From Pirellulales bacterium (GTDB lineage Bacteria; Planctomycetota; Planctomycetia; Pirellulales; PNKZ01): DNA of 64,000 nucleotides. This document shows, piece by piece, positions 17,773-26,617 of the stretch; positions within the stretch are counted from its first letter, which is position 1, and each line of letters starts with the position of its first letter. Under the pieces are notes generated by a model. It saw nothing but the letters and a program-made list of their open reading frames with translations. It did not search any database and had not been told where the DNA came from. The stretch is taken from contig DATAXP010000143.1 in NCBI GenBank assembly GCA_036272935.1, forward strand, positions 20,852 through 84,851. Reading direction: 5' to 3'. The translations under genes and the position numbers were made by a program.

Positions 17773-18006
17773 ATGAACGGACCATTCACACCCAATGAAC
17801 CAGCACCTCGGAACGGGTCGAACCCAGAAAATGAATCGGCCCTGGTCGTCGCTGATGCCACGGCCCGTGAAGAGGCCGAGGAGCGCGCCTTAGCCGCCTT
17901 CGGCCTGTGGTTCGATGCCGAGTGCGACCGGCTCGTGGCCCGCTGGATCCACCTGGCCGCGCCGAATGCTCAGCGGCCCCAGAATTTGCGCCGGCGGGGG
18001 CTGTGA
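17773..18006 (+). CDS. Hypothetical small protein
   Basis: The C-terminal two thirds have the GC3-rich codon pattern of real genes in this window. No motif is recognised and the start is uncertain (17695 or 17773). Confidence 0.3.
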   Translation: MNGPFTPNEPAPRNGSNPENESALVVADATAREEAEERALAAFGLWFDAECDRLVARWIHLAAPNAQRPQNLRRRGL

Positions 18007-18053
18007 TTTAGCCGCGTCGCTTGCGACGCGCGGGGTAAGCCCCGCGGCTAGAG
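18007..18053 (+). repeat. Y-shaped TTTAGCCG...CGGCTA element, copy 1
   Basis: tttagccgcgtcgcttgcgacgcgcggggtaagccccgcggctagag contains two internal hairpins (GCGTCGC-TT-GCGACGC and CGGGG-TAAG-CCCCG) closed by TAGCC / GGCTA. It starts right after a stop codon. Confidence 0.75.
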
Positions 18054-18083
18054 CGCGTTTCGCAACGGTGTGGCGTCCTGTCG

Positions 18084-18140
18084 GGGTGCCATGTCCACGC
18101 TCGTCGTGGACATGCTCACGCAAGCGTGAGCATGGCACCC
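18084..18140. repeat. Nested REP-like palindrome with GGGTGCCATG / CATGGCACCC ends
   Basis: Inner hairpins CATGTCCACG-ctcgt-CGTGGACATG and CTCACG-caag-CGTGAG are flanked by the same terminal motif as the RAYT-linked REPs. Confidence 0.7.
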
Positions 18141-18172
18141 GACCTCGCCGCTACAGCTAGCTGGAAAGCGCT

Positions 18173-19168
18173 CTAAATGACTTTTGTCCGGCTGACGGCA
18201 TGAGCCGTTGCCGCCGCACCGACCGCCGCTAATCCCGCGATGCCGATCGTCCAGTGGTCGGCCTCGGAACCGAGCCGCGGCCAGCGCTCGACGATCTCTC
18301 GCCAGCCGCACAGCCAGGCGAACACCAAGGCAAACAGCACTCCGCTGTACGGTATTCCTGCCAAGCGACGCCATGCCGGGCGGTACATCACTGCCACGGC
18401 ATAGACGAGCACGCTCGCCGCGGCCAGCGCCGCCAAGGCTTGCCAGCCCAGGAACGCGCCGGTCACGGCCATTGCCAGGATGGCGGTGTTGCGTCCCACG
18501 GCGCCGCTGGGGCCACGGTCGGTCACCGGGCTGGCCAGGCATCCCATCACGATTCCCGCCAGCCAGCCGCCCATGCCATCAGCCAAGCCGATCACTCGCG
18601 GCGGCCCGGTCACCAATTCGCGCATTGCCGAGAACGGCGGCGACACGGGATGCAGCATCGGCCACGCCCCGCCGAGCAGAATCGCCCCCAGCCCCACGAC
18701 TGCCATCAGCTTGGGGACCGCGTGGCCATCGTACTCGACCAACGTTGCGACCAGCAGCAGGCACACCAGCGCGGCATGGTATGCGAACATCCCGTAACGC
18801 TGCGTCTCGTCGAGCGACGGCCCCGGCAGGTTCACCCCGCCGGCCGGCCATTCGAGCCACGCCAGCACAAAGAACATCACCGCCGTGCATAGCTCGACCA
18901 GCGGGTAGCGCCGGGCGATTGGCTCGCCGCACGAGCGGCATCGTCCTCGCAGCCGCAGCCAGCCGATGATCGGCAGGTTGTCGGTCGAGCGGATCGGCGT
19001 GCGGCAATTGGGGCAGCGCGACCCAGGCCGTACGATGCTCATGCCGGCCGGCACGCGATACACCACCACGTTTAAAAAGCTGCCGATGCTCGCGCCGATG
19101 AAGAACATCAGCACCGCCAACGACCAGGCCTGGGCGGGATCGGTCACCGTGGAATCGGCAAAGATCAT
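18173..19168 (-). CDS. Prepilin (type IV leader) peptidase, A24 family
   Basis: N-terminal SFLNVVVYRVP plus Zn-finger region CPNCRTPI...GRCRSCGEPI. Polytopic membrane C-terminal domain. 331 aa. Confidence 0.8.
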   Translation of the reverse strand: MIFADSTVTDPAQAWSLAVLMFFIGASIGSFLNVVVYRVPAGMSIVRPGSRCPNCRTPIRSTDNLPIIGWLRLRGRCRSCGEPIARRYPLVELCTAVMFFVLAWLEWPAGGVNLPGPSLDETQRYGMFAYHAALVCLLLVATLVEYDGHAVPKLMAVVGLGAILLGGAWPMLHPVSPPFSAMRELVTGPPRVIGLADGMGGWLAGIVMGCLASPVTDRGPSGAVGRNTAILAMAVTGAFLGWQALAALAAASVLVYAVAVMYRPAWRRLAGIPYSGVLFALVFAWLCGWREIVERWPRLGSEADHWTIGIAGLAAVGAAATAHAVSRTKVI

Positions 19169-19236
19169 CGGCGGAACGCTACGCGCGGCTGGGTTGGCGG
19201 ACGAGCCGGCCGGGAATTGCGACCCCGGACGCCCGG

Positions 19237-20988
19237 CTAACGGGTGCGCGCCGTTGGCGACACGTGCGAGCCGGTCCCCTGCACCTTAGCGTCGGCGGCC
19301 GCCCCCTGCCAGGACAAGCCCGGCCCCTGCCAGCGCAAAAACGTCAGCCGGTCGCGCTCGGTGAGATAGCTGTTGAGATACGGGCAGCGATCGAGCGTCT
19401 CGGCACCTCCGGCGGCCACAAGCTGCTCGGCGACGTGCCGCGGGGCCAATACCCAGGCAGCGTTCGCGCCGTTGGCCGCCAGGCGTTCCGGGAACTCCTG
19501 CTCGTCGTCGAGTCGCACCACCTGCGGATGCAGGTAGTACGTGATCTGATTGTCGCGCAAGTTGAGCATGTAGATCGGCTCGTCGGCGCCGATGCGCTGG
19601 TTGATCCGCCCGGCCAGCTCGGCCTGGGCGCGATACGTGTCGTGCGAGGGCATGATCCACGTCTGCACGCCGACGCTGATCAGCCAGATGGTGCCGAACA
19701 CCGCGGCTAGTTCGCCGACCAGCCATCGTCGCCGCTCGAATGCGACTGCGGCAACCAGCCCAACGCCCATCAATATCAACAGCGCTGCCAGGACGTGCGG
19801 GTAACAATCGTTCATTCGCAGCGCGACGCCCGCCGCTGCGGCGGAGCCGATCGCCAACCCGGCGGCCATCCAGCCGGTGCGGGCCGCGCCGGTGCGATAG
19901 CGCCATTTCAGATACTCGCTTCCGCCGTACGCGCCCAGCAGCGCCAGCGGTGCCAGCAACGGGATGGTGTAGTGCTTCGATTTGAATGAACTAGCTTGCA
20001 GCACGATCATGCCGACCACGAACCAGCAAGCCATCAACCGCCAGAACGGCTCGCGGAACCGACCCAGGTAGGCCGCGCGAATCACGCCCCCAATGACTAC
20101 CGGCGTCCAGGGGAGCATGAGCATCGGCACCTGGTACAGGTAGCTAAAGGGGTAGTCGTGGGTGCCCATCGCTCCCTGAAAGCGGCCGAAGCTATGCATG
20201 ACCAGCGAGTCGATCGCCGGCCAATACCGCTGCGACAGCGGCACCAGCCAGCCGAGCATGATCGCGCCGGCCACGATAATCCCGATCGGATCGAGCAGAA
20301 ACTTCAACCCTCGCCACTGGCGCTGGAGCAGCACGAAGCCGCCACATGCCCCAAGGATGAACACCGGTCCGGCCGTGAGCTTCGCAAGAAACGATAGGCC
20401 GACGAGCGCGTAGAACAGCCACGGCAGCCAACGATGCGTCGGCCGGCCTCGCGGACTATCGACATTCGCCACGGCAAACACCGCGATGGCCGCGGCAACG
20501 ACCACGGTGAGCAGCGTGTCGGACTCGGCCAACCGGGCCTGCTGCATCACGTGGACGGTGGTCAGGTGCACCAGACCGGCGAAAATCGCCAGATCGTTGC
20601 CCAGCCACCGCGCCACCAGGCCAGCTAGTATCAGGGCCGTGATTACGCTGGCCAGGACGCTCGGCAATCGCACCACCCATTCCGCATCGCTGCGGAAGAG
20701 GGTCATCGACGCGGCGATGCTCCAGGCGGTCAACGGCGGCTTGTCGGTGAACGGCACGCCGCCGATCTTCGGCACCACAAAGTCGCCGGTGGTCAGCATC
20801 TCCTTGGCGGCCTGGGCAAACACTACCTCGTGATACGTCAGCACCCGCGAGACACCGATATTCACTAGCAGCATGCTGAGGCCGAAGGCCGCGATCACAG
20901 CGATCGAGCGCGGCGCAAGGGCCAGCGTGCCGGCTGGTTCAGCCGCGCCGGTTCGTTCGGGCATCGCTTCCTGCGCGCCGGTGGCCAT
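19237..20988 (-). CDS. GT39/ArnT-like membrane glycosyltransferase (PMT_2 type)
   Basis: 583 aa and polytopic. The first periplasmic loop ...AQAAKEMLTTGDFVVPKIGGVPFTDKPPL is typical of the ArnT/PMT family. Confidence 0.75.
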   Translation of the reverse strand: MATGAQEAMPERTGAAEPAGTLALAPRSIAVIAAFGLSMLLVNIGVSRVLTYHEVVFAQAAKEMLTTGDFVVPKIGGVPFTDKPPLTAWSIAASMTLFRSDAEWVVRLPSVLASVITALILAGLVARWLGNDLAIFAGLVHLTTVHVMQQARLAESDTLLTVVVAAAIAVFAVANVDSPRGRPTHRWLPWLFYALVGLSFLAKLTAGPVFILGACGGFVLLQRQWRGLKFLLDPIGIIVAGAIMLGWLVPLSQRYWPAIDSLVMHSFGRFQGAMGTHDYPFSYLYQVPMLMLPWTPVVIGGVIRAAYLGRFREPFWRLMACWFVVGMIVLQASSFKSKHYTIPLLAPLALLGAYGGSEYLKWRYRTGAARTGWMAAGLAIGSAAAAGVALRMNDCYPHVLAALLILMGVGLVAAVAFERRRWLVGELAAVFGTIWLISVGVQTWIMPSHDTYRAQAELAGRINQRIGADEPIYMLNLRDNQITYYLHPQVVRLDDEQEFPERLAANGANAAWVLAPRHVAEQLVAAGGAETLDRCPYLNSYLTERDRLTFLRWQGPGLSWQGAAADAKVQGTGSHVSPTARTR

Positions 20989-21108
20989 CCTGGCTCGCGA
21001 CTGGGGGTGATCGGGGGATTAAGGGCCGGGGAGTATAGGTGACAGCAAACCATGCGTCGAGGTCGGTTCGCCGCCGCCCGCTGGCTGGGGTGCATCCTGT
21101 GCGGATAG

Positions 21109-21208
21109 GATCACGAAAGCACGTAAAAGCTGAAAACATGAAACGGCAGGAATGCTCGTGGCACCAACTTGCTGTTTCGCGTTTTCGCCATTTCGTGTTT
21201 TCGTGATC
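21109..21208. repeat. A/T-run palindrome with 7-9-nt periodicity
   Basis: gatcacgaaagcacgtaaaagctgaaaacatgaaac pairs with gtttcgcgttttcgccatttcgtgttttcgtgatc. The arms are near reverse complements, both ending in GATCACGAAA / TTTCGTGATC. Confidence 0.65.
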
Positions 21209-21432
21209 TGCCGATCTGGCCTGCTTTCACCGTGGAGGCTTCGCCCCCGCAGGGATAAGCTCTGACATCATGGAGAGACTACGGACGGCGAAGGTCGCGC
21301 GACTGGTCCAGACCAAAAAACAACGCTCGTTTCTTGGTCTCTACCCCCTGGGGACCCCTCAGGGACCAAACAATAAACGCGGCGCGTTGTTTGGCCTGGA
21401 ACAAGAAACTCACGGCTTGGGGCCGCACCGGC

Positions 21433-21582
21433 TCAATGGTGCTTGAAGTACTGCACCTCTCGCTCATGTTCTTCGGCCTTGGCGCGCGTCGAGAACGTGC
21501 CGAGGTTGCGGCGCTTGCCCGTTTTGGAGTTCTTCTTGCGCGAGTACAAGCGGTACTCGCCCGACTTGAGTTTGCGGATCAT
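21433..21582 (-). CDS. Small highly basic protein (49 aa), function unknown
   Basis: MIRKLKSGEYRLYSRKKNSKTGKRRNLGTFSTRAKAEEHEREVQYFKHH. The start is placed at the internal ATG because the upstream part of the ORF has no coding character. Hairpins follow the stop. Confidence 0.5.
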   Translation of the reverse strand: MIRKLKSGEYRLYSRKKNSKTGKRRNLGTFSTRAKAEEHEREVQYFKHH

Positions 21583-21675
21583 GGCGCGGCCTCGTTCAAC
21601 AGAAGAATTGTTGATCGAACTGGGACACATTTTGCAAATCACGCGCCGCAATTTCCTGTGCTCGGGCGGCCGCAG

Positions 21676-21684
21676 TGATAGAAT
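21676..21684 (+). promoter_or_regulatory. Candidate extended -10 element for the 21717 operon
   Basis: TGATAGAAT (TGnTAnAAT pattern) lies about 33 nt upstream of the ATG at 21717. No clear -35 is seen. Confidence 0.3.
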
Positions 21685-21716
21685 GAACACCTATTCCCGA
21701 AGGCGACCTCCGCACG

Positions 21717-22766
21717 ATGACGAGTCGTTGGTTTAACGTCGCGATCGTAGTGTTCTGGACCACCACCATGGGCTGGCTGGTCTGCGATAAGGTGTTGCCG
21801 GCGCTGATCGTCGGCGAGCCACCGTCGTACCGTAGCATCGGCAGCGACGCCGACGAGCACCTGCGGCCGGTCGGTTGGCGGATCCTGCTGAACGATCGAC
21901 GGCTCGGCTGGGCCATCAGCCGGGCGCAGCGATTCGAAAAGGGGGGACACGAGTTCCGCACCCGAGTGCGCCTGTCGCGACTTCCCGTCGCCGCGATGAC
22001 GCCCAACTGGGTGAGCAGCTTCCTGCGGATGCTGCAGCGCGCCGGCGAGCTGCCCGACCTGCGCCTGGAAGTCGACGCGACGACGACCATCGACGTCGAT
22101 CCCCTGGGACGGTTGCTCGGCCTCAACTCGGTGGCCACCCTGGGCTATCCCTCGCGGCGGCGATCCAGCGGATACGAGGTGTTCAACATCCGCATGGATG
22201 GCACTGTAAACAACAGCTATCTCGACCTGGTCGTCAAATCGGGCGATTTGCAATACAGCACCAGCACGTATCTGTCGGTCGATTCGCTGGTCGGCGATGC
22301 GCTCTCGCCGCAGGCACGGCTGCCGAACCTCAAGGTCGGCCAGAGCTGGACGGTGCCGATCTACAGTCCGTTCCGGCCGCCGTCGAGCCCGATGGAAGTG
22401 CTGCAGGCCGAGGTGGTACGCCGCGACCAAATTCGCTGGGAAGAAATGTACGTGGCGACGCTGGTTGTCGAGTACTCCGCCGACTCGGGAGGCGAGCTCA
22501 GCGGTAGCCGAACGCCGCAGGGTCGCGCCTGGGTGACCCTGGATGGCCGCGTGCTACGCCAGGAGCTGACGTTCGGTTCGACGCACCTGATGTTCGAACG
22601 CGTGGGGCTCGATCCGCCTGCCGACCGCCGGGTCGGCAAGCCGACCGACGTCACGTTGCTGCGGCCGTGGTGGGGCATCGAAGGGATCAACGACGCGCCA
22701 TTGGAACCGGCGGACTCCACGGAATCGCAGTCTGATGTGCGACCAGTAGCCGAGGCGACGCGATGA
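21717..22766 (+). CDS. Hypothetical N-terminally anchored, beta-rich protein; first gene of the ABC module
   Basis: 349 aa with TM helix FNVAIVVFWTTTMGWLV. No recognisable motif. The stop overlaps the ABC ATPase start (ATGA at 22763-22766). Confidence 0.6.
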   Translation: MTSRWFNVAIVVFWTTTMGWLVCDKVLPALIVGEPPSYRSIGSDADEHLRPVGWRILLNDRRLGWAISRAQRFEKGGHEFRTRVRLSRLPVAAMTPNWVSSFLRMLQRAGELPDLRLEVDATTTIDVDPLGRLLGLNSVATLGYPSRRRSSGYEVFNIRMDGTVNNSYLDLVVKSGDLQYSTSTYLSVDSLVGDALSPQARLPNLKVGQSWTVPIYSPFRPPSSPMEVLQAEVVRRDQIRWEEMYVATLVVEYSADSGGELSGSRTPQGRAWVTLDGRVLRQELTFGSTHLMFERVGLDPPADRRVGKPTDVTLLRPWWGIEGINDAPLEPADSTESQSDVRPVAEATR

Positions 22767-23518
22767 TCGAGCTGGAACATGTCTCGCGCACCTACGGGCA
22801 GAAGCTCGCGGTTGCCGATTTGTCGTTGACGGTGCCGCGCGGCGAGCTGTTCGCGCTGCTGGGCGCCAATGGCGCCGGCAAAACGACCACCATCAAGATG
22901 CTCGTCGGCCTGCTGCGGCCCACGTCGGGCACGGTGCGCATCTGCGGGCACGATATGGCCAGCGACGGCCGCGCCGCCTGCCAGTTGCTTGGCTACGTGC
23001 CCGATGAACCGTATTTGTACGAGAAGCTCTCGGGGCGAGAGTTTCTGCACTTCATCGCCGGCATGTACGGTCTGGCGATGGCCGAGCGGCAGGAGCGCGT
23101 GCGACAGGCCATCGAGCAGTTCAACCTCGAGGGATTTGTCGACGACCTGTGCGAAACGTATTCGCACGGCATGAAGCAGCGCACGGTCTTCGCCGCGGCA
23201 TTGCTGCACGATCCGGCCGTGCTGGTGATCGACGAGCCGATGGTTGGGCTCGATCCGCGCAGCGCCCGCATCGTCAAGGATCTGCTGCGGGCGCATGCCA
23301 CGGCGGGGATGACGATCTTCATGTCGACGCACTCGTTGGCCGTGGCCGAAGAGATCGCCGACCGCATCGGCATCTTCGCCCACGGCCGACTGCGCTGCCT
23401 GGGAACGCTGTCCGAGATCAAGCACGAGCTGCATGCCGATGAGGCGTCGCTCGAGCAGTTGTTCCTCGACGTGACCGCCGAACCGTCGACGGCGACGCTG
23501 CTCGCGGAGAAGTTGTAG
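22763..23518 (+). CDS. ABC transporter ATP-binding protein
   Basis: Walker A GANGAGKTT, signature YSHGMKQR (LSGGQ variant), and Walker B LVIDEP. Confidence 0.9.
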   Translation: MIELEHVSRTYGQKLAVADLSLTVPRGELFALLGANGAGKTTTIKMLVGLLRPTSGTVRICGHDMASDGRAACQLLGYVPDEPYLYEKLSGREFLHFIAGMYGLAMAERQERVRQAIEQFNLEGFVDDLCETYSHGMKQRTVFAAALLHDPAVLVIDEPMVGLDPRSARIVKDLLRAHATAGMTIFMSTHSLAVAEEIADRIGIFAHGRLRCLGTLSEIKHELHADEASLEQLFLDVTAEPSTATLLAEKL

Positions 23519-23529
23519 GGAATCCGGCC

Positions 23530-25320
23530 ATGCACTTACCGGCGATCACTGTCGAGCATAGCCTGGGCCGGCTGACGAGCATTGCCGAGGAAGCCGCCCT
23601 GTTCCACGAGTTGCGCCGGCGGACGCTCTCGAACCTGGTGAGCCGCGCGCTGGAGCAATCGCGATTGCGGATCGCGCTGGTGGTGCTGCTCACAGCGCTG
23701 CTGTGGGTGGCGTTGTTCTTCGTGTTCACCGATGCGTTCCGCTTCGTCAGCGTGTCGCTCGAGGACACGAACACCCGCAACGAAACGATCCGCAGCCTGA
23801 TGAGCCTATTCTTCGCCTCGTTGGTGGTGATGCTCGCGTTTTCGACCGGCATCCTCGCCTACGGCAACCTGTACAGCTCGCAAGAGGTGCGCTTTTTGCT
23901 CACCACGCCCGTGCGCGACGAGCGCGTGTTCCTGCACAAGTTCCAGGAAGCGATCTTCCTGAGCACCTGGGCGTTTCTGCTGCTGGGCAGTCCGGTGCTG
24001 CTGGCTTATGGACTGGCCGAAGGGGCCGGCTGGTGGTACTACGGGGCCTTGCTGCCGTACGCCCTGGCGTTCGCCTACATTCCCGGCTGCCTGGGAGCGA
24101 TCGCGTGCCTGTTGATCGTGCGCTATCTGCCGACCCGGCGCGTGAAGCTGTTCGGCGTCGGTGGGGCGGTCGTTGTCGTTGCGGTAGCCGCGATCGCGTG
24201 GCCCGCCGTGTTCGGCTTCCGGCACGCCTGGCTAACGCCCGGCTGGTTCGAGGAAGCACTGGCCCGCGTGCGATTTGCCGAGTACCGCCTGCTGCCCAAC
24301 TGGTGGCTGAGCTCGGGGCTGCTCGAGGCGGCGCACGGAAGTTCGTCGAGCATGCTGGGACGCGAGGCGCTATGGGAATGCCTGCTGTTCCTGGCGCTGC
24401 TCACCTCGAACGCATTGATGCTGCACCTGCTGACCATGGCCTGCGCACGGCGCGTGTTCCGAACCGGCTACACCGTGCTGCATGCCGATCGGTCCTCCGA
24501 TCGGCGCATCTCAGCGGCCCACGCCGAGCCGTGGCTCACCGCCCCCGGTAGCCTATTGCCCGAGCGGCTGCGGCTGCTGGTGCTCAAAGACCTGAAGCTG
24601 TTTCGTCGCGACCCGGTGCAGTGGTCGCAGTTCATCGTGTTCTTCGCCTTGCTGGTGCTGTACTTCTTCAGCACGCGCAAGCTCAGCTTCGACGTCGAGT
24701 ACGCAGCGTGGGTCAACATGATCAGCTTCCTGAACCTGGCGATCATCGGCCTGATCCTCTCGACATTCACCACGCGATTCATTTTTCCACTGATCAGCAT
24801 CGAAGGCCGGCGGTTCTGGATTCTAGGCTTGCTGCCGGTACGACGCGACATGATCTTGTGGAGCAAGTTCCTATTCGCCGTGTTCGGCTCGTGGATTCCT
24901 TGCTCGCTGCTGGCGGTATTGAGCGACGTGATGCTCGGCGTGACAGCCGATCTGATGCTGGTCCACCTGCTGATCTGCGCCCTGCTTTGCCTGGGGCTAT
25001 CGGGAATCGCCGTTGGGCTGGGGGCACGCTTTCCGAATTTTCGCCACGAGTCGCCGGCGCGCATCGCCGCCGGGTTCGGTGGCACGCTCACGCTGGTCAT
25101 CAGCACGACGTACATCATGGCCATCGTCGTGCTCGCCGCCGTGCCGTGTCATTTCTACTCCGCCCTGGCCACGACCGCGGAGGTTTCCGAGTGGTTCAGC
25201 TCGGAAAAGCTTTCGCTGTGGTGGTCCGCCGGCCTTGGTGCGAGCATCGTCCTGGGAATCACCGCCACCGTCGTTCCATTGCGGCTGGGCTTGCAGTGGT
25301 TCCGGCGGATAGAATTCTAA
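23530..25320 (+). CDS. Polytopic membrane protein, putative ABC exporter permease (two 6-TM-like halves)
   Basis: 596 aa and strongly hydrophobic. It lies 11 nt downstream of the ATPase gene. Confidence 0.65.
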   Translation: MHLPAITVEHSLGRLTSIAEEAALFHELRRRTLSNLVSRALEQSRLRIALVVLLTALLWVALFFVFTDAFRFVSVSLEDTNTRNETIRSLMSLFFASLVVMLAFSTGILAYGNLYSSQEVRFLLTTPVRDERVFLHKFQEAIFLSTWAFLLLGSPVLLAYGLAEGAGWWYYGALLPYALAFAYIPGCLGAIACLLIVRYLPTRRVKLFGVGGAVVVVAVAAIAWPAVFGFRHAWLTPGWFEEALARVRFAEYRLLPNWWLSSGLLEAAHGSSSSMLGREALWECLLFLALLTSNALMLHLLTMACARRVFRTGYTVLHADRSSDRRISAAHAEPWLTAPGSLLPERLRLLVLKDLKLFRRDPVQWSQFIVFFALLVLYFFSTRKLSFDVEYAAWVNMISFLNLAIIGLILSTFTTRFIFPLISIEGRRFWILGLLPVRRDMILWSKFLFAVFGSWIPCSLLAVLSDVMLGVTADLMLVHLLICALLCLGLSGIAVGLGARFPNFRHESPARIAAGFGGTLTLVISTTYIMAIVVLAAVPCHFYSALATTAEVSEWFSSEKLSLWWSAGLGASIVLGITATVVPLRLGLQWFRRIEF

Positions 25321-25337
25321 CGTCGCCGTGTCGAAGC

Positions 25338-25364
25338 GCGGCTCGCAAGCGAGCCGGCTAAACG
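25338..25364 (+). repeat. Partial copy of the Y-element family
   Basis: gcggctcgcaagcgagccggctaaacg contains hairpin GGCTCGC-AA-GCGAGCC plus the CGGCTAAAC end. Confidence 0.5.
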
Positions 25365-25377
25365 TCGGACATGCCTC

Positions 25378-26436
25378 ATGCAACCGATTCTTGAACTACC
25401 GACCGAACAGCTCGAAGCCTGGCTGGCCGAGAAGGGCTTGCCGAAGTACCGCGCAGCGCAGATTCGCCATTGGCTGTTCGAGCGCCGGGCCGGTGGGTTC
25501 GATGAAATGACCGACTTGCCCAAGCCGCTGCGTTCGGCGCTGGCAGCCGACTTTACCCTGTGGACGGGCACGATCGTCCGTCGGCAAGGAGCGCGCGACG
25601 GCACCGAGAAATTGCTCATCGAATGGCCCGATCGGCAGCGCATCGAGTGCGTGCTGATCCGCGAAGGTTCACGCCGCACGATCTGCCTGAGCACGCAGGT
25701 CGGCTGCGCCATGGGTTGCGTGTTCTGTGCCAGCGGGCTCGATGGCGTCGCCCGTAATCTCAGCACCGGCGAGATCATCGAACAACTGCTGCTCGTAGCC
25801 CGACTGCTGGACCCCGACGACCGGCTCAGCCACATCGTGGTGATGGGCATGGGCGAGCCGCTGGCGAACCTGAAGAATCTCTTGCCCGCGCTCGACGTGG
25901 CGACCGACCCCAAGGGACTGGGCATCAGCCATCGGCGCGTCACCATTTCCACCGTCGGACTGCCGGAGGCGATCGATCAGCTCACCGAGTTGAGAACCCA
26001 CTACCATCTGGCGGTCTCGCTTCACGCCCCGAACGACGCGCTGCGCAACGAGCTGGTGCCCATCAACCGCAAGGTCGGCATCGACGACGTGCTCGCGGCG
26101 GCCGACCGGTATTTCGAGGCCTCGGGACGCCGGCTCACGTTCGAGTACGTGCTGCTAGGTGGCGTGAACGATCGCCCCGAGCACGCCCGTCAACTCGCCG
26201 CCTTGTTGACGGGCAGAACCGCCCTGCTGAACGTCATCCCATACAACCCCGTCGCCGGTTTGCCGTATGCGATGCCGACGCCACGCGACCAGCAGCGGTT
26301 CCTGGAAATCCTCGGCCAGCAGGGGATTAACGTGCAGGTGCGCCAGCGCAAGGGGGACCAGATCGACGCGGCCTGCGGGCAATTGCGCCGCTCGACGCCC
26401 GAAGTTCGTGAAACCGTGGCATTCGACCGGGGTTAG
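25378..26436 (+). CDS. rlmN: 23S rRNA/tRNA (adenine-C2)-methyltransferase, radical SAM
   Basis: YRAAQIRHWLF N-terminus, radical-SAM cluster CAMGCVFCASG, and MGMGEPLAN. Confidence 0.9.
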   Translation: MQPILELPTEQLEAWLAEKGLPKYRAAQIRHWLFERRAGGFDEMTDLPKPLRSALAADFTLWTGTIVRRQGARDGTEKLLIEWPDRQRIECVLIREGSRRTICLSTQVGCAMGCVFCASGLDGVARNLSTGEIIEQLLLVARLLDPDDRLSHIVVMGMGEPLANLKNLLPALDVATDPKGLGISHRRVTISTVGLPEAIDQLTELRTHYHLAVSLHAPNDALRNELVPINRKVGIDDVLAAADRYFEASGRRLTFEYVLLGGVNDRPEHARQLAALLTGRTALLNVIPYNPVAGLPYAMPTPRDQQRFLEILGQQGINVQVRQRKGDQIDAACGQLRRSTPEVRETVAFDRG

Positions 26437-26443
26437 ATCATTT

Positions 26444-26568
26444 AGAGCCTATCCGAAATCCGCTTTCCAATTCGTTGGTCGCGTGGGGCAGGCATTCCTG
26501 CCTGCCTTCGGTCACGATTCCGATGGCAGACAAGAATGTCTGCCCCACGCGGTTTTCGGATAGGCTCT
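26444..26568. repeat. 125-bp composite cruciform element
   Basis: Outer arms AGAGCCTATCCGAAA / TTTCGGATAGGCTCT. Inner arms GCGTGGGGCAG / CTGCCCCACGC enclose two hairpins: GGCAGG-catt-CCTGCC and GGCAGACA-agaa-TGTCTGCC. Confidence 0.75.
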
Positions 26569-26617
26569 TAGCCGCCGCGCCGCGGCGACCGCGTCGTCAG
26601 CCATCGGAACCGAAAAC

